DNA of 64,000 bases from Chiloscyllium plagiosum (taxonomy: Eukaryota), in contig NC_057734.1 of the NCBI RefSeq assembly GCF_004010195.1, positions 9,464,938 to 9,528,937 of the forward strand, read 5' to 3'. The notes under the pieces are model-generated. The model did not search any database. It was not told where the DNA came from and worked only from the letters and a program-made list of their open reading frames with translations. Below are positions 12,495 through 24,273 of this stretch, in pieces (positions within the stretch are counted from its first letter, which is position 1; the number at the start of each line of letters is the position of its first letter). Both the position numbers and the translations under genes were made by a program.

Positions 12495-12710
12495 CAGAGT
12501 CAAGAGTGTCGAACTGGAAAAACACAGCAGGGCAGGCAGCATCCAAGAAAGAGGAGAATCAACCTTTCAGGCATAAGTCCTTCAGGAATCTCCTGCCCCT
12601 CAGATGCTGTCTGACCTGCTGTGCTTTTCCAGCACCACACACTCAACTCTGATCAGTTGCAGGGAGAAAGTGAGGACTGCAGATGCTGGAGATCAAAGCA
12701 GATTGTGTGT
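12495..12710. repeat. Penelope-derived inverted-repeat (hairpin) element
   Basis: ctggaaaaacacagcagggcaggcagcatc...gatgctgtctgacctgctgtgcttttccag arms; same family as 13152, 17357, 28160 and 39870. Confidence 0.75.
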
Positions 12711-12761
12711 TTTCTACATTTCAATTATTTTATTTTCCTGACCTAAGAATATTGTTTTCAG

Positions 12762-12912
12762 CGTTGCTATTCTGAAGTACCTGGCAACAAAGTATGATAT
12801 CCCTCAATTCTGGTACCCTGTAGACTCAATGCAGAGGGCAAAGGTGGATGAGTACATGGCATGGCAGCACGCTACTGTGAGATATCATGCATCAAAAGTC
12901 TTCATCCTGGAG
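12762..12912 (+). CDS. gstt2: GSTT copy B exon 3
   Basis: ttttcag| 151 nt VAILKYLATKYDIPQFWYPVDSMQRAKVDEYMAWQHATVRYHASKVFILE |gtatgg. Confidence 0.95.
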
Positions 12913-14140
12913 GTATGGACTAAAAAAATGTTTCTAATCAACGTATTTTGCTACCATGATATTTGGCTCCAGCCACATACTGTGGAGCAAAGAGCATGTG
13001 TTTTTAGGCTGTAGGTATACTTTCACCACACGGACTACAAGGATTCAAGAAGGCAACTTAGTACCATCTTTGACCATAAGACATAGGAGCAGAAAATAGG
13101 CCATTTGGACCATCATGTCTGCTCTGCCATTCAATCAGAGCTGATAGGTTTTCAAAGTCAAAAAGTATGGTGCTGTAAAAGCACAGCCAGTCAGGCAGCA
13201 TCCGAGGTGCAGGAGAGTCGACATTTAGAATATAAGCTCTTCATTCCTGCTCCTCAGATTCTGCCTGACCTGCTGTGCTTTTCCAGCACCACACTTTTTC
13301 ACTCTGATCTCTAGCATCTGCAGTCCTCACTTCCTCCTGATGGGAGTTGAAAACCTTTTTTCCCACTTTCTTACCATCACCTTTGATCCCCTTGGCAGTC
13401 AAGAACTTATTGATCTCGGTTTTAAAATATACTTGATGACCTGGCCTCCACAGCCTTCTGTGGCAGTGAATTCCACAGATTCACCACACTTTGGCTAAAG
13501 AAGTTTCTCTTTATCTCCAGTCTAAAGGGTTTTCCCTTTATTCCAAAACTATGCCCTCAGGTTCTTGTCTCTTCCGCCGCTTGGAACATCTTCCCAATGT
13601 CCATTCTGTCCAGGCTGTACTTCTAAACTCCTCAGAGTATAGGCCCAGAGTCCTCAAACGTTCCTCATGTGTTAGGTCTTTCATTCCTGCAGTCATTCTC
13701 CTGAACCTCCTCTGGACCCGCTCCGGGGCCAGTACATGGTTCCTGAATTGCTCATAATACCAGAAATGTGGTCTGACCAGAATTTTATAAAGCCTCAGAA
13801 GTGTGTCCCTACTTTTATATTCTAGTCCCCTTGAGATGAATGACAACATTGTATTTGCCTTCCTAACTACCAACTCAACATACAAGTTTACCTTAGGAGA
13901 AACCTGGACTTGGACTCTTAAGTCCCTTTGCACTTCAGATTTCTGAATTTTCTCCCCCTTGAGAAAACAGTCCACGCCTCTGTCCTTCCTAGCAAAGTGC
14001 ATGATCTCACACTTGCTCCATTTGTGTTCCCCTCACTTTTATTTCATTTACTACTTCATTGCCCGCACTCCTAACCTGTCTAAATCTTTCTGAAACCTCC
14101 CTACCTCCCCAATACTACCTGTCCCTCCACCTATTTTTGT

Positions 14141-15068
14141 ATAGAACATAGAACATTACAGCACAGCACAGTACAGGCCCTTCAGCCCTGGATGTTGCGA
14201 CGACCTATGGGACCTATCTGAAGCCTATCTATCCAACACTATTCCATTTTCATCCATGTGTTTGTCCAATGACCATTTAAATGCTGTTAAAGTTGGCAAG
14301 TCTACTATTGTAGTAGGTTCCATGCCCCTACTAATCTGAGTAAAGAAACTACCTCTGACATCTGTCCTATATCTATCACCCCTCAATTTAAAGTGAAGTC
14401 CCCTCGTGCTATCTATTACCATCCAAGGAAAAAAGCTCTCAGTGTCCACCCTGATTATATGTCTCAATTAAGTCACCTCTCAACCTTCTTCTCTCCAACG
14501 AAAAACAGCCACAAGTCCCTCAGCCTTTCCTCATAAGACCTTCCCTCCATACCAGGCAACATCTTAGTAAAATCTCCTCTGTACCCTTTCTAAAGCTTCC
14601 ACATCCCTCCTGTAATGTGGAGACCAGAACTGTATGCAATACTCCAAGTGCAGCCACACCAGAGATTTGTACAGCTGCAGCATGACCTCTTGGATCCAAA
14701 ATGCAATAAAAGCTAACACACAGTATGCCTTCTTAACAACCCTATCAACCTGGGTGGCAACATTCAGGGATCTATGTACATGGACACAAAGATCTCTCTG
14801 CTCATCTACACTACCAAGAATCTTATCATTAGCCCAGTACTTTTTATTCTTGTTGCTTCTTCCAAAGTGAATCACCTCACACTTTTCGGCATTAAAATCA
14901 ATTTTCCACCTCTCAGCCCAGCTTATCTATGTTCCTGCGCAACCTGCAACATCTTTCAGTCCTATCCACAACTCCACTGACCTTAGTGTCATCCAGTAAT
15001 TTACTAACCCATCATTGGATGCCTTCATCCAGGTCATTTATAAAAATGACAAACAGCAGTGGCCTCAA
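14141..15068 (-). mobile_element. second CR1 subfamily nested in the first
   Basis: (atagaac)n tail at 14141; ORFs 14225-14467 and 14564-14875 (LEYCIQFWSPHYRRDVEALERVQRRF); host sequence ttgt|atcatctgcaaac rejoins across it. Confidence 0.85.
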
Positions 15069-15453
15069 ATCATCTGCAAACTTAGCCAGAATGCCCTCAG
15101 TTCTTTCACCCAGATCATTAAAGTATAAAGTGAAAAGTTGTGGTACCAACACCTCTAGTCACCAGCTTCCAAGCTGAGAATGACCCTTTTATCCCCACTC
15201 TCTGCCTTCTGCCAGACAGCCAATCTTCTATCCATGCTAGGACCTTGCCCCTAACACCATGGGTCCTTACCGGACTCCTGTGTGGCACCTTATCAAAGGC
15301 CTTCTGGAAATCCAGGTAACTTACATCCATTGGCTCTTCTTTGTCTAACCTGCTCATTATCTGCTAAAAGAATTCTAACAGATTTGTCAGGCATGACCTC
15401 CCCTTAATGAAACCATGCTGACTTTGGCCTATTTTACTATACACTTAAAAGTA

Positions 15454-16122
15454 CAGAGGAACCTCGATTATTCAAATATCAATTATCAAATTTCAAATTA
15501 TATGAAGATCTCAAAAGTCCCATTAAAAACACTACATCAAAGGTGTTTCCAACACTGATAGTGTCTTTTGTTTACAATGATTAAAAGTGAATTTGACTTA
15601 CTGAAATGCTGCAGAGAACAGTCCTGGACATCGATGGGAACCCAGGCACAGTCTCCAAATGACTGACCGCATGCCCTCTCTCTCTCCTGCCCCCCCCCCC
15701 CAATACTTTCCTGGGGTTCTACACAGGGGTGTACCCTAAACCCTCCCTTCCCCAGATAATCTTTCCGACATTGTCCTGTTCAGGGCAAAGGTGTTGGGGG
15801 TGGGGGCAGACGGGGGCTCACAAGCGGTGTGCTGCTGCCTAGTCTCCCAAATGGGGAGCGGACTTAGAAGTGCTCTCTGTGTCAATCCCATTGAACTGAT
15901 GAGGAGTGGAGGAGCGGGAGGCTTCAGCAATGCTGCAGGTCCCTTACACACAAGTGTGTGTCTGTTCAGAAACAAACCCTGGGACAGAGAGGGAGAGCAA
16001 GGCAGGTACAGCGAGGAAAAAGGAAACTTCAAAATCCCAGAGGAGAGGCATTGAATCAGTTATTGAATAATCAATTGTCCAAACGAACTGCACATCTTGC
16101 TTGGATAATCGAGGTTCCTCTG
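15454..16122. mobile_element. MITE / non-autonomous Tc1-mariner(pogo/Tigger)-like DNA transposon
   Basis: TIRs cagaggaacctcgattat / ataatcgaggttcctctg with TA on both sides (15452-3, 16123-4); host CR1 sequence continues across it. Confidence 0.9.
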
Positions 16123-16699
16123 TATTCGGAAATCTCATCCTTTACAACGGACTCAAAAATCTTACCAATGACTGAGGTCAGTCTAATCGTCATATAATTT
16201 GCCTTACTCCCTTCTTAAAAGGGTGGTGGGGGGGTTACCTTAGCAATTTTCCAGTCCTCAGAGATTCTCCCTGATTCCAGTGATTCCTGAAAGATCATTA
16301 CTAAAGCCTCCACTATCTCTTCAGCTATCTCCTTCAGAACTCTGGAATGTAGCTCATCTGGTCCAGATGATTTATCCACTTTCAGACCTTTCAATTTTTG
16401 TAGCATCTTCTCCTTGTTGATGGCCACCATACTTCCCTGGTCAGCCACGGTTGCCTCATCCTCCCTTTAGAAGGCTTCTTTTTCTTTGGGATGAATTTTT
16501 GCTGTGCCTTCATAGGTAGACTCACTAAAAAGCAGACATAACTTCAGTCATATTTATTCCAATGCACTTTTTCCAAATGTCCCACCCTTATCATCAAAAT
16601 AACTTGCACCCAGCTTTCCACCGATCCAATGTTTGAGGCAGGTGTAACAGTGATCTAGGATGATACCCTCAGCCTTATTTTCCTTTCCTGTTCTTTGGC

Positions 16700-17130
16700 A
16701 TGTGGCCTCGTTCATTGCCACAACGGAACCTCCCAGTCACCGCACATTTTAATTTCCCTTCCCGCTCCCTTTCCGACATGACTATCCTTGGCCTCCTCAT
16801 TTGCCACGACAAACCAAATGCAAATTGGAGGAACACCTCATCTTCTGCCTGGGCATCCTGCAGCTCTGAGGACTCAACATTGAGTTCTCCAATTTCAAAT
16901 AACTGCCCTTCCCCCAGCTCCCTTCCCAGCACTTCCCCTTCCCTTCCACCCTTTCCACATTCATTCCTTTATCCATGCCCACTTCACTAGCCTGCCCCTG
17001 CCACACCCTTTATCTGCAGCTCCCACCCGCAGTCCTAAAGAAGGGTTACACCTGAAACATCAACTTCTCCACCTCGTGATGTTGCATGGCTTGCTCGGGT
17101 TCTCCCCAGCCTCATGCTTGTCTACCGTGT
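16700..17130 (+). mobile_element. Penelope-like (Neptune-type) 3' fragment
   Basis: LPVTAHFNFPSRSLSDMTILGLL and, after a frameshift, EEHLIFCLGILQL*GLNIEFSNFK = GIY-YIG C-terminus; followed by degenerate terminal motif aagaagggttacacctgaaac. Confidence 0.8.
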
Positions 17131-17356
17131 ATTATTGTCAACCCATCTTAATGAGTAAGGATCCAGAGGGGAGTAGGGGAGAAATATTCAAATATATTGA
17201 ATCATTTCAAGGGAAACCAGAGTACTCTGAAAAGATAGTGGAAGTCAATTCTGTAACTTTAAAAAAGGAGGTTGGGCAGGTACCAACAGATCAGGAATTT
17301 AGTTCCATCTCTTCTGATCATCCATACCCTAAATGTGACTGCTCTTCGAAAGAGCT

Positions 17357-17557
17357 GAAAATGTGTTGCTGGAAAAGTGCAGCAGGTCAGGGAGCATCCA
17401 AGGAGCAGGAGAATCGACGTTTCGGATGAGCCCTTCTTCAGGAAAAGCTCATGCCCGAAACGTCGATTCTCCTGCTCCTTGCATGCTGCCTGACCTGCTG
17501 CGCTTTTCCAGCAACACATTTTCAGCTCTGATCTCCAGCATCTGCAGTCCTCACTTT
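17357..17557. repeat. Penelope-derived palindromic insertion with 18-bp target-site duplication
   Basis: arms gaaaatgtgttgctggaaaag...cgacgtttcgg / ccgaaacgtcg...cttttccagcaacacattttc; flanked by ctgctctt(c/t)gaaagagct at 17339-17356 and 17558-17575; absent at the paralogous site ~950-966. Confidence 0.85.
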
Positions 17558-17670
17558 CTGCTCTTTGAAAGAGCTAACATGGGTAGTTTGGCTTCCTTTT
17601 GTGTTGAAGGTTCAAATTATACAGTTGGTAGAATGTTTAAGCATCACTAATTCACAATATGTTCCTGCAG

Positions 17671-17847
17671 GTTTTGATTCCTCGGATGACAGGCCAGCCA
17701 CTTGATGAGACAAAGCTGAACAAAGCTCTGGCTGAATTGAATGGAACCTTGGACATTTTAGAATCAATGTTTCTGAAGGACCAGGCCTTCCTCTGTGGTG
17801 ATGAGATGACATTAGCTGATCTATTGGCCATCTGTGAACTGATGCAG
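17671..17847 (+). CDS. gstt2: GSTT copy B exon 4
   Basis: 177 nt, same translation as 1061-1237; AG/GT boundaries. Confidence 0.95.
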
Positions 17848-18661
17848 GTGAGGTTCAAGAATGTTATACACACTGTCATCACCTAATTTTGTTGACGTTG
17901 ATAAAACCATAACAAAATTTGAAAAGGAGAAATGGATAAAATGGTCCAAAGATGAAGAGTACATTTCTACCAATCCTTCCATTGTTTTGGAATTGAACTT
18001 CCACTGCATATCAACTTTGTCTCCTCTTACCATTTTAAGAGACAGACTCCATCCGTTGTGCCCACAATTTGTCATCAAAACTTGAACTACTGTACTGCAC
18101 ATTGATAAATATTCTGGGTACATATGAAGGGAAAAGGAAATAATTAGAGAAATCCTAGATCTATTCCTCCATTTTTTTAAAACTGAATCTGAATTTAGGT
18201 CCGACCAGAAGCAGTATACCTTACAGATGTGACTGCAGCTGAAAGCATTAATTCCATTTTATTTATCCTTTAACTTTACATTAAGCAGAGATCATCCACT
18301 CCTGGCTAAGTATAAAATCAAACCTAGGTTCTACTGCTGGCACTTAGTGGTATGTTGGCAACCATCATGATGCTGCTGCACATGAGTTCTTAGATTCACT
18401 GAATAACTCCACACTTTGAAAATTAAGGCTCAGCTACTGGAAGCCAAGTAAAAGTAATTAAAAAAGTCAAACTGATCTAAACAGGATCAGTCCTTTGTAA
18501 ATATAAACTAAATCAATCTATGATTTACAGCTTTTGCTTCAAGCCTTTTCACAGTAATGCAGGTGGGAAAAGAAATCAGGTCTTTCTACTCCTGTACTAA
18601 ACTGACTGAAAATGTAACACTGATTAATTTACATTTTTGTTTTGTTTTTATATATATTCAG

Positions 18662-18802
18662 CCACTTGGAGCTAATCGTGACATATTGAAAGATCGTCCA
18701 AAACTGATCGCCTGGCGTAACAGAGTGCAGTCGGCACTGGGGAAAACATTTGATGATGTGCATTCTTTCCTTTATCAACTAAGAGATAAAGCTAGGCTTT
18801 AA
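18662..18802 (+). CDS. gstt2: GSTT copy B exon 5 (last); spliced CDS 681 nt = 226 aa
   Basis: PLGANRDILKDRPKLIAWRNRVQSALGKTFDDVHSFLYQLRDKARL then TAA; exon sizes 124+88+151+177+141 keep frame. Confidence 0.95.
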   Translation, partial: PLGANRDILKDRPKLIAWRNRVQSALGKTFDDVHSFLYQLRDKARL

Positions 18803-18906
18803 AAGCTAAACCATGTGGAATTTCTAAACAATAGATTCCTGTAAATTAGTCTACTTAATGGTTTAAAATTAACTGTCAAAACCACATGCCTTTAAAGTAA
18901 TTGATT

Positions 18907-18912
18907 AATAAA
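18907..18912 (+). terminator. candidate polyadenylation signal of GSTT copy B
   Basis: AATAAA about 105 nt after the stop; another AATAAA near 19103. Confidence 0.55.
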
Positions 18913-20182
18913 ACATACTACTTAATAGTTCCAGTAACTTTAATAGCCATAGTAATTTGCTTTCATTAATTAATTGTAAGTTTGGAGTCAAATTAGACCA
19001 AGGCTAAACTATACATTCAAAACTACCTTACAAAAGCAATTTAGGAGTGGTGTTGCAAGCAGTCTTCATTTCTCAGATATAATCACTGTAAAACAGTGCC
19101 TCAATAAATAAGGTTTCAGTTGTTTAGAGTTTTATGCAGTTTCTATTCTAGGCACCAAGCATAGTAGCAATTTCCACAATGCACTTGGTGATGCCTTGTG
19201 CCACTTCCATAGATTATAAGTCCCATGGTTTTGTCATCTCCAACAGGACATCGGGAGGGTCCTTGGGATTTAACAAACTCGATCCATGTACTTTAAAAGC
19301 ACAAAAGAACTGTTAATTTTCCTCTTTTCTGTCTAGCTGAGGCAAGTGCACATGAAGCCTGTGATCCAAATAGGAAAAATCAGAGTCTAGTGACAATTAT
19401 TCTTAACTCAGATCCCATCAATGCACCACTATGCCAGTCGAGCTGCAACAAACAGAAAAGCTGCATATATCTGGTATTTGTCTATCATGAAGGCGTCATT
19501 TCTCAACATCAAGCCTCAGAAAACGACAACATCAGAATTCCTGCTTCCTCCCACTAACACAAATCATCCCCAAGTGGGCAACAGACCACTGGGCATTTGG
19601 GCTCTGTTCCAAACATCACAGTAAATACCACAACGCATCACTGCAAAGAGGCACACCACATGTTAATCAGTGGCCCAGGTCTACAGAGTCTGAATTGCTG
19701 TCACATAGCTCAGACAGGATAAAATGCTGAATATGGCATTCTAAGTAACAACTTTACAGTAGCTTCTGGTCAAAAGTTGGGAGTTCCTTTGTCCTGTATC
19801 ATAGACATCTTTCAGTGTTTTGTTAAGACATTAAAGTTGAATATCTTGTAATATGCCAGACATTTTGTTGCTATCGTGACTAGCAGGCTTGTTCTTGAGC
19901 AAAAAATTAAGACTGAACCCAACTCCTAGGTGAGACAGACCAGTAATATCAAATAACAGTGATCTGAAGTATTCATCTTCTGAAGTATTCTAATCCTGGT
20001 CCATCCTTTACAACCTTTAAAACGTACTCTCATTGAATCAATTAACTGTATTAATGAAGATTTAAAATGGTTTATCACATGGCATAATTTGTTTCCTCTA
20101 AAATATAATCTGAGCAGTGTACTTGCAGGAAACCAGTTTCTCTCAAATAATTTGTAATAAGATGTATAATTCTTTTAAATCA

Positions 20183-20188
20183 TTTATT
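20183..20188 (-). terminator. candidate distal polyadenylation signal of CHEK2
   Basis: minus strand reads aaaatattttgtacaaaattcAATAAAtg, an AU-rich context with upstream TGTA, at the end of a repeat-poor 3.6-kb stretch after the CHEK2 stop; other AATAAA candidates exist nearer the stop. Confidence 0.45.
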
Positions 20189-20842
20189 GAATTTTGTACA
20201 AAATATTTTGTCAACCTTGATTTATAAAACAAGTTTTCACATAAACCATCTTCCCTAACTATACAGTGAGTGAAAGTCATCCGGAACCACAGATAAAATT
20301 AGCTGCTGAGACATTTGAAAGTTCACTGATGCCCAATTATAATATTTGTCAATATCAAAAATTCCTTGTTAGCAGAGGTGGCAGGCAATAATGTTAATGA
20401 ATTACAGAAACAAGAGCATAATAATGAATATTTAATTAACCTCTATTCTGAGCTTGTCCACAGAATACAATGTAAACCAAAGTCAAAAGGCTGGGAATAG
20501 AGAGATGCCCATTCTGACTACTCATTAGATCCAACAACAATAAATCGAAACAGATTCAATAGGTCTGTATCCAAATACAAATAGAAATGCCCTGAAGTGT
20601 ACTCAAACCCTCTTCATTAAGACAGTCCAAAGTCATGATCGTAAATTTTACCTACAGTTCCCCTGCTTCACTGGATTGAATCTAGCACCATCACCTCTAA
20701 ATGCTATAATAAATTCAAATCTTCCTGGTGCTGGTCAGAGGTAGTTAGGAACAGATTTGTAAACTTTAACTGCCAAGCTCCTTCATTATCATCTATAAAA
20801 TGGCCAAAATATTCATCATGAGGATAATTGTAGCTGCTTCCA

Positions 20843-20905
20843 GGCTCCTCAGATCAGTAACAGTTGTAACTGGGCTCCTCAGATCAGTAACGGAGCTGTA
20901 ACTGG
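20843..20905. repeat. short tandem duplication, 2 x ~30 bp
   Basis: ggctcctcagatcagtaac(a|gga)g(t|c)tgtaactg repeated twice. Confidence 0.85.
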
Positions 20906-23773
20906 AAGGTCAATAACCAACTATGTATTTTACTTTGGAAAACTGTTTGCAACAACAACTAGGTGTGATGGCCACACACTAGAAGGGGGACTTCTACGTA
21001 AGTAATATTTACGAAGCAGAGGCAAACAGCTCTTGAGAATTTAATTTCCCCAGAGCTTTTTAAACACACTACTTAATTAAATTCAAGCATCTACAGTTTA
21101 GAGAAAACAGACAAATCAGTATACAAAAAAAAAAGCACACTTTAAAGATCAAACCCAAAAGTAAGGGTTTCCTCAACTAAATCTCTAAATGTTTTAACTT
21201 CACTTCCTGTTCTTCAGGCCTCTCTCATTCAAAGTTCAGTTTACCAAAATGAAAATACAGCAAAGCAACATTTAACCATCTCCATCTTACAACATAGTTT
21301 GCCTATGTTTGAACAGCATGGAGATGTTCAGATTTTTGGGACTAAGGCTCAGTTCAAGTACTTAGTGAAAAACAAATTTAAAGGTGCAATAATGCATTAA
21401 ATAGTATCTTGGGGTATACAAGTTCAAGTTTTATTAAAAAGTAAATAGAAAGGTTGAATTGCTGTTTAGTCTAATTCTAACCTTTTTTGTTTACTTTCCT
21501 TGGTTGAAACTAGTCCAGAAGAAAAAAAAGTTATCCCTTGACAAAACTTAGAACAGTTAAACGTTATAAAGATGATGATGTGGAAGTGCAGTCTGTATAA
21601 CACAAAACAAAATCATTGAAAAAAAACTTATAACCACAGCGGATGGAATCTCAATGCCACAAGACATCTTGGACAGATTCCATGAACATTTGTTAATAAA
21701 TACAATTTGAGGTGTATGACCCAATGTTACATTCACATTAGAATTACACATGCTGCAACTAATTATTTCAACATGCTCCTGGTTGTTTGCCACCTTTTCA
21801 ATACAGATCGAATCAGCAGCCATCCTCTATTAAATACCATCTAAATATTAGTTAAATCTGAAGCAAAAGGAAGGTTATGTTTGCCAAAATCATACCATTC
21901 AACTTGAGGTGGTACACTAAAGGTTTCTGCATTTTGCACTGATGCTTGTATCTGCAACAGAAATATAGAACTAATCCACATGAATTAAATTACAGATGTG
22001 TAAAGTATTCAGAAAGGAACAATGAGAATCCAGGAACACACAGAAATACTATTGCAGCAGAAAACCAATTGGGTTACAGAAATTCACAAGGAACGACATA
22101 ACTACAACCTTCAAAGTCCAACCAAATGAGTACACAACTCATGTGTAATAGCTTTTTAGGTGATGAAAGATAAGAGTTGCAACACAAAGTGCAGTTGTCA
22201 TCAAGACTAGTTAAAATATTGAGTATTAGATCATAAAATGTTGGAACGGGTGGAAAATCAGTATGTGCATGTTCCACAATGGAATAATATTGCAGCTTTC
22301 AGCAAAATGACATTAAACACCACTAAAGTTTGTATGATTACTTAAGATGAGGAGCCTCAGCAAAACACAAATCTGGGAGTAACCTCCCAACATAATGGAA
22401 TGAAAAAAATGGTTGCAACATGAGAGTAATTTTGGCAGCAGAGCCAAGATTACACCAATTTACAGCTGGTTTTCCTTTCTATATTACCTGAAATACTCAG
22501 AATTTTACCTCCGTCAACATTCTCCCACTCCATGCACATTCCTGTCTCCTTGAAGACACCACTTCATAGAAGTGTATGGTTATGTGTAGCACATCTCTAG
22601 CATCTTAGACAAGAGCAGCCTTCGACATAACTGTGTGCCAGTCTACAATTAAATGGAAGGCTATTTGTCAGCATCATAAATTGGCACAATCCAACAGCCC
22701 AACAAAGCTTCACATGAACAGTTTTCTATAGTGAACTATCAGACGCAGGAAGCATCTATCCCAGCATGAAGTCTGGGAGGCCAGTTGTAGTGATCCTCCT
22801 ACTATCTGGCTGGGATCAATTAATTCAGAATAGAATAAGGAATTGAACTTGGCATCCATGTGATCTAGGCAGTGGATACACCAATTAACACACAGGGATA
22901 CCAACACATACAATTCTACAGAAATTTGAGGAAGTGCAAGGACAACCTTTCATTTCAATGCAGTATTTGCAGTTCATATGAAAAAGTATACTTAAAATGG
23001 CACTTTTGCAGTTTTTGATCCAAATACCAAAAAAATGTTTGCCAGAATCTTCATTTTCCATATTATATTTAAAGTGTCTCTGCCTTTGCCATACATGACA
23101 AAAAGCCATCAGAAATGCAACCTAGGGATCCAGCCCATGGTGGGTTGACAACATTAGAGTCAAATACAACCATTAACAGCAGCAGTAATTAAAGTGGTCA
23201 TTTACATTAGGTTTTCCTTCATCTCAATGTCCAATTATTTTCCCCAGCTTTCAATTATTTTGGGAAATTTGTGACGTATTGCAATATTCAACAGCACTTT
23301 TAGACCCCATTTCATTAATATTTTTAAAGATATTAATGTTAAATCACCAAATTTTACCAGCTGAAATTTATTGTGTAAAGAAACATTAAGCTCTTTAAGC
23401 TCCTTGCTAATTATAAATTGTAAATACTCTCATGGATTTTTTTAAACTGTGCAACACCTTTATGGCACATAAAAGGTATTGTGGTTTAAAATAAAGCAAA
23501 TTATCTGTATAATGGGACTACAAATGACTGACTATATACCGTTATGGTTCCAGAGAGTATGAGATGAAAACCAGTTAACTTTTTATTCTGAAACAAGATT
23601 TCAGGAAAAATTCTAGATGCATTGATAGAATTAATTACAGTAATAAAAGAAGCAAAGCACAAAAACAACAACTAAAATGGGCCACAGGCGCCTGATGCAA
23701 ATCAAATGAAGCAGTTTCTTGGAGATCTCCACACACAGCAGGTAAACGCTATGCTGCATCCACTCAAATTCCC

Positions 23774-23872
23774 CTAATCTTGAGTAACCAGTTTGCTTAT
23801 TGAAGAGAGTGTGGGTCGTTTGGTATTCGAAGGATGGTCCTCTTCGTGTGGTCTTTTCCTACCAGTTGATGA
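23774..23872 (-). CDS. CHEK2: CHEK2 last coding exon
   Basis: tttacag| SSTGRKRPHEEDHPSNTKRPTLSSISKLVTQD then TAG; RKRP...KRP NLS-like motif as in Chk2. Confidence 0.88.
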   Translation of the reverse strand, partial: SSTGRKRPHEEDHPSNTKRPTLSSISKLVTQD

Positions 23873-24273
23873 CTGTAAAGAAAAAAAAACCCTACCTTTA
23901 TTAACCAATACCATTTCACTCTTGCTCCTGATCATATCTTTCTAATTCATTGGTACTAAAGCACTCTGCGATTCCCTGATGTTGGTGAAACCCTATTTTA
24001 AGTTAAAGGAGCAAATCAATAAAAAGAACCAAAGGGTTGGGACATTGAGGAAAAGCTATGGATTCAATGTTTTTAGCAACCTTAAGCCAACCAAAAAAAA
24101 AAAAGTCTCAGTTGGTTCATTACAGACAACACCTAAACTAGTATGGCCACATTCATGAACAGCTAGGCATAACAATATGCATCTCAGTTTGTTTTTCCCA
24201 TTTTCCATGCAAGCAATCAACTATTTGCATTCGCATGGACAACCTCAAAATCTGCTAGCTACCAAAGCACTGA

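Larger units (their letters stand above)
13074..16510 (-). mobile_element. CR1 LINE in GSTT-B intron 3 hosting nested insertions
   Basis: tail ccataagacataggagcag at 13074; ORF2 pieces 13538-14002, 15118-15357 (YLDFQKAFDKVPH), 16215-16448 (KSSGPDELHSRVLKE); interrupted by a Penelope hairpin (13152-13338), a second CR1 (14141-15068) and a MITE (15454-16122). Confidence 0.88.
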
